Shown here piece by piece: positions 1 to 9,731 of a stretch of 64,000 nt of DNA (positions are counted from its first letter, which is position 1; each line of letters starts with the position of its first letter). The stretch is from Methanothrix sp. (GTDB lineage Archaea > Halobacteriota > Methanosarcinia > Methanotrichales > Methanotrichaceae): positions 1,728,001 through 1,792,000 of the forward strand of contig OY821645.1 of assembly GCA_963682135.1 (NCBI GenBank), read 5' to 3'. The notes under the pieces were generated by a model that worked only from the letters and a program-made list of their open reading frames with translations, searched no databases and was not told the origin of the DNA. A program made the position numbers and the translations under genes.

Positions 1-2537
1 AGACCGATGCCTGGTATCATATGATGCTGGCCAAAGGCACTGTGATCAACCTGCAAAGATTATGGTTTGATCCCATGACCTATTTCCCGCATGGGACGCC
101 GCTACACTTTGGTCCTTTTCTGAGCTGGGCCATAACCATATTCTCCTACATATTCGGACTGGGGCATCCCAGCAATCATCTCGTGGAGGTGGTGGGCGCA
201 TTCTTGCCTGCCGTCCTTGGCGCACTACTGGTATTTCCCGTCTACTTCATCGGCAGGGAGCTATACGGCAAGAGCTGCGGCCTGGTCTCGGCCTTGATCA
301 TAGCCGTGCTTCCCGGTCAGGTATTGAGCCGTACCACATTGGGATTTACAGATCACCACGCAGGTGAGATCCTCTTTAGCACCCTCACTATGATGTTCCT
401 GCTCCTTGCTCTTCGCTCCGGCAAGAGCATGAGCTTTGCGGCTGTGCAGAGGAACTGGTCCGCTTTTAAAACGCCACTCCTTTATTCTGCTCTGGCCGGC
501 GTTTCCCTAGGCCTCTACATAGATGCCTGGTCATCCGGATTTCTCTTTGAGGGAATAATCTTGCTCTTTATCATGCTGCAGAGCATCTTTGACCACATCC
601 GCAGAAAGAACGTGGAATACCTGGGGCTTTCCGGTGCGATAACATTCCTCGTGGCCACGCTGCTGGTGCTTCCATTTGTCGATTCCTATTACGGTTTCAA
701 CCATTACCTCTACAGTCTCTTCCAGCCAACTATACTTCTCCTGGGAGTGGTAGCCGTTATCTTCTTCTCTATCCTGTCCAAGTTTATCCGAGAAAAGGGA
801 TTTGAGAGCTACTACTATCCGGGCGCATTGGTGGGATTGGCGGCAGTTGGCACGACCATACTCTACTTTGCTCTTCCTCAGTTCACCAAGCCGCTCCTGG
901 CTGGTCTAAGCATATTTCAGCAGAAGACGGGCGGCGCAGCAACGGTGGGTGAAGCATCGGCACTGCTCTCCAGCGGGGGACAGTTCTCCTTCTCCAGCGT
1001 TATTACCTCGTTTCCCGGAATAGGCTACAGTCCTGATCCGACTGCGGTCTTCCGCCTGCCCGAGATCCTCGCTATCCTGTTCACCACTTTTACATTAGCT
1101 TTGATCGCGATGATCTTGCTATTATCCCGAAATGTTAAGTCTCCAAAGCCGGCTGAAATAATGATTTTAACCTGGTCTTTGGTGATTCTCATCATGGCTC
1201 TCGCCCAAAACAGATTCACCTATTATTATGCCATAAACGTCGCCATTCTCACCGGCTTTTTGGTGGCCTGGCTACTTCAGAGGTTTGGCATCACTGATCT
1301 GGACCTGAATGTGGTCAAGGGCCCGGTCGAGCTGGTCACCTCAAATCTCAAGACCATACTGGCGGCAATTTTGATATTTTCGTTTATAATCATGCCAAGT
1401 CTCAGCTGGAGCATAGTGTATGCTCAAAGTGCCGGAGGACCGGATTCTGATTGGCTGACCTCCACGGCATGGCTGCAGAATAATACGCCACAACCGGGTA
1501 TGGACCTTTATGAGAAATATGTGCGTCCTGCCGACGGCAAATATGCCTACCCGGATACGGCTTACGGTGTCATGTCCTGGTGGGATTACGGACACCTCAT
1601 TGAATGCGTGGGCCATAGGATTCCCAATGCCAATCCTTTCCAGCAGGGAATTGGCAGTGTTACCCGTAACATCTCCGGTTCCTCGCCCTTCTTCCTGGCC
1701 GAGAATGAGAGCCAGGCGGAAGCAGTGCTGGCTGGCCTGGATCTAAACCGTTCGCAATACATGAACACCAAGTATGTGATGATCGATCAGCCCATGGCGG
1801 TAGGCAAGTTCCATGCCATGGCGGCCTGGAGCTCGATTCCCACTTCCAAGTACATGGCCGGAGTCTACCAGCAGCAAGGCGAGAGTTGGGTGCCGGTGCA
1901 GATCTGGCGCGAGTCTTATTTCAAGTCCATGGCGGCTCGCATGTACTTCTTTGATGGAACCGAGACGGCTGGAGATATGGGCCTGGGACTGGCTTATCGC
2001 GCCAGGGATGCAGGAAATGGTGTTATGGTTCCCGTGCTGACCGAAGCGCCCATGATCACCCGCAATCGCACCGAGCTGGAGGCGTTCATTAACGAGAGCC
2101 GGGATAAGGGGGACAATGCCGAGATCGCAGCCATGAGCCCTGCTAACTCTGCTTTCCCGCTCGAGGCCCTGCAGCATTATCGCCTGGTGCACGAGTCAGA
2201 GAATACAATAACCGCAGGCCAGAAATTCGTCAAGACCTTCGAGCATGTGCCGGGGGCGGTGATCAGCGGAAATGCTCCGCCGGGAACCAAAGTAACCGCC
2301 GCAGTCCCCATCATGACCAATCAGAACCGGGCTTTCCTCTACCAGCAGTCCAACTCCAGCGACGCCAGCGGCCGGTTCATCCTGGTGCTGCCTTATTCCA
2401 CAGAAGGGCCGATTGCCAGCGGCACTAATTTCGATACCAAACCCATGAGTGCCTATCAGTTGTCTGTGGGTGACAAGACCTACGAATTGAAGGTGCCTGA
2501 GGAGTACGTCCTCTCTGGAGATGTAATCACCGTATGA
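1..2537 (+). CDS. aglB: Oligosaccharyltransferase AglB (STT3), 5'-truncated by the window edge
   Basis: Frame open from position 3 (TDAWYH, the ExDxxYH motif); many TM helices; GFTDHH, TVGE and WWDYG motifs; PNANPFQ. Confidence 0.96.
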   Translation, partial: TDAWYHMMLAKGTVINLQRLWFDPMTYFPHGTPLHFGPFLSWAITIFSYIFGLGHPSNHLVEVVGAFLPAVLGALLVFPVYFIGRELYGKSCGLVSALIIAVLPGQVLSRTTLGFTDHHAGEILFSTLTMMFLLLALRSGKSMSFAAVQRNWSAFKTPLLYSALAGVSLGLYIDAWSSGFLFEGIILLFIMLQSIFDHIRRKNVEYLGLSGAITFLVATLLVLPFVDSYYGFNHYLYSLFQPTILLLGVVAVIFFSILSKFIREKGFESYYYPGALVGLAAVGTTILYFALPQFTKPLLAGLSIFQQKTGGAATVGEASALLSSGGQFSFSSVITSFPGIGYSPDPTAVFRLPEILAILFTTFTLALIAMILLLSRNVKSPKPAEIMILTWSLVILIMALAQNRFTYYYAINVAILTGFLVAWLLQRFGITDLDLNVVKGPVELVTSNLKTILAAILIFSFIIMPSLSWSIVYAQSAGGPDSDWLTSTAWLQNNTPQPGMDLYEKYVRPADGKYAYPDTAYGVMSWWDYGHLIECVGHRIPNANPFQQGIGSVTRNISGSSPFFLAENESQAEAVLAGLDLNRSQYMNTKYVMIDQPMAVGKFHAMAAWSSIPTSKYMAGVYQQQGESWVPVQIWRESYFKSMAARMYFFDGTETAGDMGLGLAYRARDAGNGVMVPVLTEAPMITRNRTELEAFINESRDKGDNAEIAAMSPANSAFPLEALQHYRLVHESENTITAGQKFVKTFEHVPGAVISGNAPPGTKVTAAVPIMTNQNRAFLYQQSNSSDASGRFILVLPYSTEGPIASGTNFDTKPMSAYQLSVGDKTYELKVPEEYVLSGDVITV

Positions 2538-3259
2538 AGCTCCTGGAGGAGATGAGCTGGCCGGAGATCGAGGCGGGCCTGAAGGAGACGCAAACTGTGA
2601 TCCTGCCCGTGGGAGCAACCGAGGAGCACGGGCCGCACCTGCCCACGATAACCGATACCATCCAGGCCATGGAGGTAGCGCGCGCAGTTGCCAAGGAGCG
2701 CCAGATCTTCCTGGCCCCTCCCCTTCATTACGGGGTCTGCCGCAGCACGCGGAGATTTCCCGGTACCATCACCGTGGGGCACGATGCCCTGCGCGCCTAT
2801 GCCAGGGATCTGCTGCTCTCTTTTTTCGATAGCGGCTTTACAAGGGTGCTGATTCTGACCGGCCACGCCGGTGGGCAGCATATGGCCGCTCTGGAGGAAG
2901 CCTGTCAGATGGCGGTGGAAGAGCGCGAATTCTCTGTGAGCCTGGTCTCTTTATTCGATCTGATCGATGAGAAGGCGGTTGAAACCCCGCACGACGGGCA
3001 TGCCGGAGAGATCGAGACTTCTCTTATGATGAATATTCGTCCCGACCTGGTCAAAGGAAGGCCAAAGAAGCATTTTCCCAAGAGGCCTCAGTTCCTGGTC
3101 ATGAAGGATGTTCGTCATCTCATGGGAAACGGCGTCATGGGAAATCCAGAGCCGGCAACGCTCGAGAAAGGAAAACAGTTCTTCGGGATGGCAGTGAGCG
3201 GGGTCATGAGAGCGCTGGATGAGCTGGAGAGCGATGACTGGAAGAAGTTAGCTGTTTAA
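2534..3259 (+). CDS. Creatininase/creatinine amidohydrolase family protein
   Basis: PVGATEEHGPHLP, GHAG and DGHAGEIETS motifs; ATGA overlap with the aglB stop. Confidence 0.92.
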   Translation: MKLLEEMSWPEIEAGLKETQTVILPVGATEEHGPHLPTITDTIQAMEVARAVAKERQIFLAPPLHYGVCRSTRRFPGTITVGHDALRAYARDLLLSFFDSGFTRVLILTGHAGGQHMAALEEACQMAVEEREFSVSLVSLFDLIDEKAVETPHDGHAGEIETSLMMNIRPDLVKGRPKKHFPKRPQFLVMKDVRHLMGNGVMGNPEPATLEKGKQFFGMAVSGVMRALDELESDDWKKLAV

Positions 3260-3272
3260 ATTTTTCTTTTTT
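3260..3272 (+). terminator. Oligo-T archaeal terminator candidate
   Basis: TTTTTCTTTTTT directly after the stop codon. Confidence 0.5.
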
Positions 3273-3305
3273 AAGATTGCTAATTTAGGAATCGAACCGC
3301 GTTAC

Positions 3306-3449
3306 ATGGCTGGACTGCCTTATTTCAACAGTGTAAACCACGTCGAGGACCATTTCGTTGACATCGACAAAATGGTTCTCATCTGCATTGATCATAAGTG
3401 CGCTCGTCCAAAGAGATTTATATCTTCAACACAATTTATTGCCCGATGA
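3306..3449 (+). pseudogene. Degenerate DinD-like fragment (47-codon ORF) upstream of intact dinD
   Basis: Translates YFNSVNHVEDHFVDIDKMV, matching the DinD CxxSGxxxxDHFxxxxKM segment; its TGA overlaps the dinD ATG. Confidence 0.5.
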
Positions 3450-4321
3450 ATAGAGAGTTAATCCAACAAATGCAGAGCCGTTTTGATTCGCTTGCCAAAA
3501 ACTTGGATGATAATACCGAATTCTGGTTTGCTAGGGACCTTCAAGAACCATTAGGATATGCTAGATGGGAAAATTTTCTGACCGCAATTCAGAGAGCCAT
3601 AGAATCATGCGAAACCGTCGGATACAATATCAGTGATCATTTTCGTGGCGTCACGAAATTGATCACGCACGCCAAAGGCGGGAAGCGCGAAATCGAAGAT
3701 TTCATGCTTACTCGCTATGCTTGCTACCTAATTGCTCAAAATGGTGACCCTAGGAAGGAGCAAATTGCATTTGCTCAAAGCTATTTTGCCGTTCAGACTC
3801 GGAAATTGGAATTAATAGAAGAAAGGATGCGACTTCAAGATCGTTTTGAGGTCAGAGAGCGTCTACGTGAGTCAGAGAAGGCGCTCTCGCGAAACATTTA
3901 CGAGCGAGGAGTAGACGATGCGGGGTTTGGGCGCATTCGTTCAAAGGGCGATGCCGCCTTATTTGGAGGATATACAACCCAGGAAATGAAAACCCGATTC
4001 GGAATTACCCAAACTCATCCACTGGCAGATTTTTTGCCCACGTTGACCATTGCCGCAAAGAATCTTGCTACAGAAATGACCAATCACAAAGTATTGCATG
4101 AAGATTTATGGGGAGAACTGCCAATAACCAACGAGCATGTACTGAATAATAAAAGCGTTCGCCAAATGCTTGAGAAGAGGGGAATCAAGCCGGAGGATCT
4201 TCCACCCGAAGAAGATATCAAGAAGCTAGCGCGCAGAGTTAAATCCGACGAAAAGAAACTTGAAAAGCAATCTGGTAAATTGCCAGAAATGAGCGCATTG
4301 CCTAAGCAGCCAAATCAGTAG
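3446..4321 (+). CDS. dinD: DNA damage-inducible protein D (BRO-N-like N terminus)
   Basis: FWFARDLQEPLGYARWENF, LTRYACYLIAQNGDPRK, FAQSYFAVQTR; lower GC than flanks; start taken at ATG 3446. Confidence 0.93.
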   Translation: MNRELIQQMQSRFDSLAKNLDDNTEFWFARDLQEPLGYARWENFLTAIQRAIESCETVGYNISDHFRGVTKLITHAKGGKREIEDFMLTRYACYLIAQNGDPRKEQIAFAQSYFAVQTRKLELIEERMRLQDRFEVRERLRESEKALSRNIYERGVDDAGFGRIRSKGDAALFGGYTTQEMKTRFGITQTHPLADFLPTLTIAAKNLATEMTNHKVLHEDLWGELPITNEHVLNNKSVRQMLEKRGIKPEDLPPEEDIKKLARRVKSDEKKLEKQSGKLPEMSALPKQPNQ

Positions 4322-4502
4322 ATAGAGTGGCTAATAAGGTCTCTCATTCTCTACTCCTCGCAAAAACTCTGTGTTAAAGTCTGAACGAATCGTCCATTGA
4401 AGAATATAACCAATTCACTGATCATATCTGTCACTTTGGTTGCGGATCCAATACTTTAGTTTCAGGATCGACTTTTGATGCAAAGCCCTGTTATTCGACA
4501 GG

Positions 4503-4510
4503 TTTATAAA
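4503..4510 (+). promoter_or_regulatory. TATA box of the pheST leader transcript
   Basis: TTTATAAA about 24 nt upstream of GTG 4534; preceded by the inverted repeat CCTGT-N6-ACAGG. Confidence 0.6.
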
Positions 4511-4533
4511 TCATAAATCTAACCAAAAAAACC

Positions 4534-4644
4534 GTGCCTGGAAAGACAACGAAATGTTCATTTGTCAATCATAAAATCGGGCTTCTAAAGCCGGAGAGGC
4601 TAACTTCGGGCATCTTCGGGCATTTAGTCTTTTCTTTCTTTTGA
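4534..4644 (+). CDS. Putative Phe-rich leader peptide (36 aa) upstream of pheST
   Basis: GTG...TGA frame MPGKTTKCSFVNHKIGLLKPERLTSGIFGHLVFSFF; 4 Phe in the last 9 codons; followed by a hairpin at 4648-4684. Confidence 0.4.
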   Translation: MPGKTTKCSFVNHKIGLLKPERLTSGIFGHLVFSFF

Positions 4645-4701
4645 TGGGGGCGAAAGGGCAAGAGAGCCTTGCTCTGATCCGCCCGATTGTGGGATGGTGT
4701 T

Positions 4702-6258
4702 ATGTTATCTGAAAATGATGTCAGAGTTCTAAAAGCGATATCTGAAGATATTGTTGATCCTCAGAGCATTGCCGATAAGCTGGGAATGAAAAAGGAGGCT
4801 GTACGAGCTTCAGCTGATGCTTTGAGCGAGCTGGGCTATATTCAGGTGACCAAGTCGGTGGTGGAGTCAGTCTCTCTAACGGAAGAGGGCAGAAAATATG
4901 CTCAGGAAGGTCTTCCGGAACGAGTACTGCTTTCCTTCTTGGGCTCAGGCAAAGCGGTGTCTGAGCTAAAGGACCCGTCCCACAAGATCGCTCTGGGATG
5001 GCTGAAGAAGAAGGGATGGGCGGCCATCCAGGCAGGGATGATCAAGCCCATGGGCTGCGCCCCAAAGGGCAAGGATGAGGAGACATTGGAGAATCTGCTG
5101 GCTGGGGAGAAGGGCATTAGAGAATACCGAGAGGAATCAAGCCAAGACTGCTGGCATTCCGAAGCGAAGAACATTGGAGAGCTGGATAAAGAGAGCCTAG
5201 ACGATCTCAGGAAACGGGGCTTAGTTCACCCCCACAAGAGCAAAGAGTGGCACTATAAGATCACAACGGAAGGAAGAGGCTATTTCTGGGAGTCTCATCG
5301 AATGGTTGTAAGTGCTGAAAAAGAGATGCCCATGCCTCCACTTACCTCAGATATGATTAAAACCGGCCAATGGATCGAAAAAGAGCCAGATCTCTTGCAT
5401 TTGAAGTACCATGATTCGACCTATCGCGCTCGTCCCTACGACGTCACCCTCGCCGCCGACAAAATCATCCCCGGCAAGAAGCACCCCTACCAGAGGCTCA
5501 TCGATTTCATGCGAACGATCATGCTGGAGATGGGCTTTGTGGAGATCAAAGGCCAGATTGTGCAGTCCAGCTTCTGGAACTTCGATGCTCTCTTCCAGCC
5601 CCAGGACCATCCTGCTCGGGAGATGCAGGACACCTTCTATCTGGATAGTCAAGCCGATATTCCCGACTACACTCGTGTCAAAGAGATGCATGAATGCGGG
5701 GGTGCCGTTGGCTCCACCGGTTGGGGCGGATGCTGGAAGCCGGAGGTGGCCCGCCAGGAGGTGCTGCGCACGCATACCACGGGTGTCACCATAAAGTATC
5801 TGGCCGAACACCCCGAGCCGCCGATCAAGGCTTTCGGCATAGATCGCGTCTACCGGCGCGAGGCCATTGACGCCACCCACACCCCGGAGTTCGAGCAGCT
5901 GGAAGGCATTGTAATGGACAGGGATGTGACATTCTCTCATCTTCTGGGCATCTTGAAGGAATTTTATGCCAAGATGGGCTTTGAGGAGGTGCGCTTCCGG
6001 CCGGGCTACTTCCCCTACACCGAGCCGTCCGTGGAGCCGGAGGTGTTCATCGAGGGCCTGGGATGGGTGGAGCTGGGCGGAGCGGGAGTCTTCCGAAAAG
6101 AGGTCACAGCGCCCTTCGGCATAGAGCATCCCGTGCTGGCCTGGGGCCTGGGAGTCTCGCGGGTGGCCATGCTCAAGCTGGGGCTCAAAGATCTGCGACT
6201 GCTCTATCAGTCAGATATCGAGTGGCTGCGCGAGACGCCCATTTCCGTCAAGCTTTGA
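4702..6258 (+). CDS. pheS: Phenylalanyl-tRNA synthetase alpha subunit (archaeal type)
   Basis: WNFDALFQPQDHPAREMQDTFY, LRTHTT, FPYTEPS, WGLG; N-terminal winged helices; ATG 4702 after GGATGGTG. Confidence 0.98.
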   Translation: MLSENDVRVLKAISEDIVDPQSIADKLGMKKEAVRASADALSELGYIQVTKSVVESVSLTEEGRKYAQEGLPERVLLSFLGSGKAVSELKDPSHKIALGWLKKKGWAAIQAGMIKPMGCAPKGKDEETLENLLAGEKGIREYREESSQDCWHSEAKNIGELDKESLDDLRKRGLVHPHKSKEWHYKITTEGRGYFWESHRMVVSAEKEMPMPPLTSDMIKTGQWIEKEPDLLHLKYHDSTYRARPYDVTLAADKIIPGKKHPYQRLIDFMRTIMLEMGFVEIKGQIVQSSFWNFDALFQPQDHPAREMQDTFYLDSQADIPDYTRVKEMHECGGAVGSTGWGGCWKPEVARQEVLRTHTTGVTIKYLAEHPEPPIKAFGIDRVYRREAIDATHTPEFEQLEGIVMDRDVTFSHLLGILKEFYAKMGFEEVRFRPGYFPYTEPSVEPEVFIEGLGWVELGGAGVFRKEVTAPFGIEHPVLAWGLGVSRVAMLKLGLKDLRLLYQSDIEWLRETPISVKL

Positions 6259-6271
6259 AGGGGGATTAATC

Positions 6272-7894
6272 ATGCCGGTTGTCAGACTTTATTACGAGGA
6301 TATGGAGAGGCTGATTGGGGCCTCTCGGGATACAATCATGGGCCGCCTGGCCATGATGGGTGCAGACATTGGAAAGAGGGCGGAAGAGGAGCACGTGGAT
6401 GTGGAGTTCTTCCCGGATCGCCCCGATCTCTACAGCGCTGAGGGTGTAGCCAGGGCCATGCAGGGCTTTTTGGGTCTCAAGACGGGGCTGGTGGAGTATG
6501 CCGCTCTGCAAGGCCCTATTGTCCTGCAGGTAGAGGAATCGGTAAAATCGGTGCGCCCCATCATCGGCTGCGCTGTGGTGCGAGGCCTATCGTTTACCAG
6601 CGAGGCCATTGAGTCGCTCATGGGCCTGCAAGAGGATCTGCACTGGGGCCTGGGCAGAAACAGACGAAAGGTGGCCATAGGCGTGCACGATCTATCCCGA
6701 GTCACCCCTCCTTTCCGCTACTTTGGGGAAGATCCGGCGCGAAAGTTCGTGCCCCTGGACTTCTCTCTAGAGATGAGCATGCAGGAGATCCTGCAAAAGC
6801 ACCCCAAGGGCAAGGGTTACGGCCATATTCTGCAAGGCTGTGAGCGCTATCCGCTCATCGTAGATGCCAAAAATCAGGTGCTCTCCTTCCCGCCCATCAT
6901 CAACGGCGAGCTGACCTCAGTTACCGAGAAGACCGAGGATCTGTTCATTGATGTCACGGGAATGGACGGCATGGTGCACAAAGCCCTGAACATAGTAGTA
7001 ACCTCCCTGGCGGAGAGAGGCGGCAGGATCGAGAGCGTTCTTGTCAAAAGAAGCGAGGGCGATTTCGTCTCCCCCAATTTGCAGCCGTCTGCCTGGACGG
7101 TGAGCGCGGCGGAGGCTAACAAGCTGATTGGCTTTGATCTCAGCCCCCTGCAGCTGGCCGAATGCCTGCGCAGGATGCGCTTTGGGGCAGTCGTGAATGG
7201 CAGCGATGTGGGGGTGTTGGTTCCTGCCTATCGGGCGGATATTATGCATTCCTGGGACATCTTTGAGGACGCGGCCAAAGCCTATGGTTTTGACCGGCTG
7301 GATGCCCGTCTCCCCGGGACGGTGACTGTAGGCCGGGCTCACTCTTCGGAGATTCGCAAAGCCGAGATTCGCGAGGTTATGGCAGGCCTCGGGTATTTGG
7401 AGACCATGCCCTTCACCCTGACCAATGAGAAGGTGCACTTCCAGTGGATGCGCAGATCGCCTGATGGAGCGGGCGTGGTGCATGTGATGCATCCCATCAG
7501 TGAGCTGCACACCATCCTGCGCACCTCGCTTCTCTCCAGTCTTCTGGATATCTTCGCCATGAACCAGCATCATCCTCTGCCTCAGAGGATATTTGCCGTC
7601 GGGGATGTGGTAGTGGATAAGAAGACACGAATGAATTTAGCGGCGGCCAGCATCCACAGCGGCGCCAATTTCTCAGAGATCCGCTCAGCCGTGGACGTCG
7701 TGCTGCGGGAACTGGCCATCAGCGCCGAGATCGTGCCCTCTCTGGACGGGGCGCTTCTGCCCGGTCGTGGCGCGGATCTCATGGCCGGGGGCCGGAAGAT
7801 TGGCTGCTTTGGAGAGCTGCATCCGTTGGTCCTGAAGAGCTTCGGACTGGAGCAGCCGACGGTGGGGCTGGAATTGCAGTGGGGAGAGCTCTGA
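6272..7894 (+). CDS. pheT: Phenylalanyl-tRNA synthetase beta subunit
   Basis: DRPDLYSAEGVARA, LSFPPIING, YRADIMHSWDIFED, FGELHP; follows pheS. Confidence 0.98.
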   Translation: MPVVRLYYEDMERLIGASRDTIMGRLAMMGADIGKRAEEEHVDVEFFPDRPDLYSAEGVARAMQGFLGLKTGLVEYAALQGPIVLQVEESVKSVRPIIGCAVVRGLSFTSEAIESLMGLQEDLHWGLGRNRRKVAIGVHDLSRVTPPFRYFGEDPARKFVPLDFSLEMSMQEILQKHPKGKGYGHILQGCERYPLIVDAKNQVLSFPPIINGELTSVTEKTEDLFIDVTGMDGMVHKALNIVVTSLAERGGRIESVLVKRSEGDFVSPNLQPSAWTVSAAEANKLIGFDLSPLQLAECLRRMRFGAVVNGSDVGVLVPAYRADIMHSWDIFEDAAKAYGFDRLDARLPGTVTVGRAHSSEIRKAEIREVMAGLGYLETMPFTLTNEKVHFQWMRRSPDGAGVVHVMHPISELHTILRTSLLSSLLDIFAMNQHHPLPQRIFAVGDVVVDKKTRMNLAAASIHSGANFSEIRSAVDVVLRELAISAEIVPSLDGALLPGRGADLMAGGRKIGCFGELHPLVLKSFGLEQPTVGLELQWGEL

Positions 7895-7982
7895 AAGGAG
7901 ATCTCCTACTTATTTTCTATTTTAGAGTCATATTTATCAGCCAATAGTTGCATAAAAACTAGATAATAGGATTGTGGCGGCT

Positions 7983-8363
7983 ATGAAGGTTCGAGATCTG
8001 ATGAGCTATCCCATTGCCACAGTGCGCCCGGAGGCCACGGTGCTGGAGGCTGTGAAGCGAATGGCGGAGGAGAAGAAGGGCTGCGTGCTGGTGGCCAGAG
8101 ACGGTCTTCTCAAGGAGTGCCTGGGGATCGTTACCACCAGCCAGATCTTTCTCAAGGTATTTGCAGAAGGCCTGGACCCGGCCAGGGTGGCTGTTCGGGA
8201 GATTATGACGCCTGGCCCCCTGGTCACCATCGACCTTGATGCCTCCGCAAGTGAGGCTGCGAGGCTGATGCGAGAGCACAATATCAGAAGGCTGCCGGTG
8301 ATGAAGGATGGGGCACTGGTGGGCATCATCACCAGTAAGGATTTGCTGGCATGCGTTGTGTGA
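7983..8363 (+). CDS. CBS domain pair protein
   Basis: KVRDLMS, VREIMT, HNIRRLPV, LVGIITSKD. Confidence 0.92.
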   Translation: MKVRDLMSYPIATVRPEATVLEAVKRMAEEKKGCVLVARDGLLKECLGIVTTSQIFLKVFAEGLDPARVAVREIMTPGPLVTIDLDASASEAARLMREHNIRRLPVMKDGALVGIITSKDLLACVV

Positions 8364-8423
8364 TGCTGCGGGAAAAGGAATGCGTGACTTCTGGCGTACT
8401 TCTGCCGTTTGGCGAACGCAGAA

Positions 8424-8431
8424 TTTAAATA
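8424..8431 (+). promoter_or_regulatory. TATA box of tRNA-Ser
   Basis: TTTAAATA about 26 nt upstream of the tRNA 5' end. Confidence 0.65.
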
Positions 8432-8457
8432 GCCTAAGGGTCAAGTGCCTGAGGTAA

Positions 8458-8542
8458 GTCGAGGTTGCCTAGCCTGGTAAGGCGCAGGTTTGCTAAACCT
8501 GTTCTCCTCCGGAGATCGTGGGTTCGAATCCCACCCTCGGCG
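8458..8542 (+). tRNA. tRNA-Ser(GCT), no intron, CCA not encoded
   Basis: Acceptor GTCGAGG/CCTCGGC; anticodon arm CAGGT-TTGCTAA-ACCTG; long variable arm TCTCC-TCC-GGAGA; T arm GTGGG-TTCGAAT-CCCAC; discriminator G. Confidence 0.96.
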
Positions 8543-8600
8543 CTTTCTTACTCTTTAGGCGAGGAAAACGACGCCTTGAAAGCTAAAAACAGCACAGAGC

Positions 8601-9722
8601 CTAAAAAACCTTATTAACCTCATTCAACCTTTCCTTCAGTTGCCGCAAGGTCATCTCCAGCTCCGCCGTGATCCTCTTCTTCGTCTCCGTCCCTACCTTA
8701 ATCTCGATGTCCGGCGGCGAGAGCGGTTCTCTTCCCACCAGGTTGCTGAAAAACTCCACCCAGTAGGGCGGCAAATACTCCGGCAGCTTCTCGCCCCGCA
8801 TGAGATGAAGCACGCTGGCAAAGGCCAGGGGCACTACCTCCATGTTGTAGCCGCCTCCCCCCAGGGCCAGCAGCCTGCCGCCGGCATGAAGACGGGTCAG
8901 CTCGATGATGCGGCCTACCAGATGAGTGTATCCGGCAAGGGTCATGTTCAGAGTGGTGAGGGGATCGGAGTAGTGAGTGTCCACACCCAGTTGTGCCACC
9001 ACTGCCTGCGGCCTGAACCATGCAAAGAGGCGGGGCACAATCTCCTCAAAAGCACGCAGATATTCCTCATTCCCGGAGTACATGGGCATGGGTATATTCA
9101 CGCTGTAGCCCAGGCCGGGGCCTGCGCCCAACTCATCGATAAAACCGGTGCCGGGAAATAGGTACAATCCCGATTCATGCATGGACACAGTGAGTACGCC
9201 GGGATCCTCATAAAAAATCTGCTGCACCCCATCTCCATGGTGGCCATCGATGTCTATGTAAAGAACCCGTTCAAATCGCTCTTTCAGGACGCAGATAGCC
9301 AGCGCCGGATCATCAAAGACGCAAAAGCCCGAAGCCCGGGAGGGCATGGCATGATGCAGTCCTCCCCCGATGTTAAAGGCGCTGCAGTCCTCAGAAATTA
9401 TTTGCCTCGCCGCATCGATGCTGCTGCCGGCCAGGAGCCGAGACGCGGCGTAAATGCCGGGAAAGACGGGCGTGTCATCGCTGCCCAATCCAAAGGCCAA
9501 ATCCGGCTTTTCCGTCTGCACAGATGCAATATACTCCAGTGTATGCACGCGCTGCAAATCAGCTTCCTCTGCGGGCTGCGGTTCAACCTTACAGGTGAGA
9601 TCGTCTATCAGGCCCTCTTCTTCCATGAGCTTGCATGCGAGCATCAAGCGAGCCGGGTTGAAGGGGTGCTCCGGGCCGAAGTTATAGGCCTGGAATTTTT
9701 CGCTGTAATAAAGATAGATCAT
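8601..9722 (-). CDS. Histone deacetylase family protein (AcuC-like)
   Basis: HPFNPARL, GGLHHA, GFC, YIDIDGHHGDGVQ, FPGTG, GGGGY. Confidence 0.95.
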   Translation of the reverse strand: MIYLYYSEKFQAYNFGPEHPFNPARLMLACKLMEEEGLIDDLTCKVEPQPAEEADLQRVHTLEYIASVQTEKPDLAFGLGSDDTPVFPGIYAASRLLAGSSIDAARQIISEDCSAFNIGGGLHHAMPSRASGFCVFDDPALAICVLKERFERVLYIDIDGHHGDGVQQIFYEDPGVLTVSMHESGLYLFPGTGFIDELGAGPGLGYSVNIPMPMYSGNEEYLRAFEEIVPRLFAWFRPQAVVAQLGVDTHYSDPLTTLNMTLAGYTHLVGRIIELTRLHAGGRLLALGGGGYNMEVVPLAFASVLHLMRGEKLPEYLPPYWVEFFSNLVGREPLSPPDIEIKVGTETKKRITAELEMTLRQLKERLNEVNKVF

Positions 9723-9731
9723 AAAGACTGT

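Noticed and set aside
4554-4574. Six-codon uORF MFICQS in the pheS leader
   Set aside because: Single Phe and no RBS; too short to support, though it should be a control in tests of the 36-codon frame
8458-8542. tRNA-Ser as an integration site
   Set aside because: No duplicated 3' end or integrase seen; flanks are housekeeping genes
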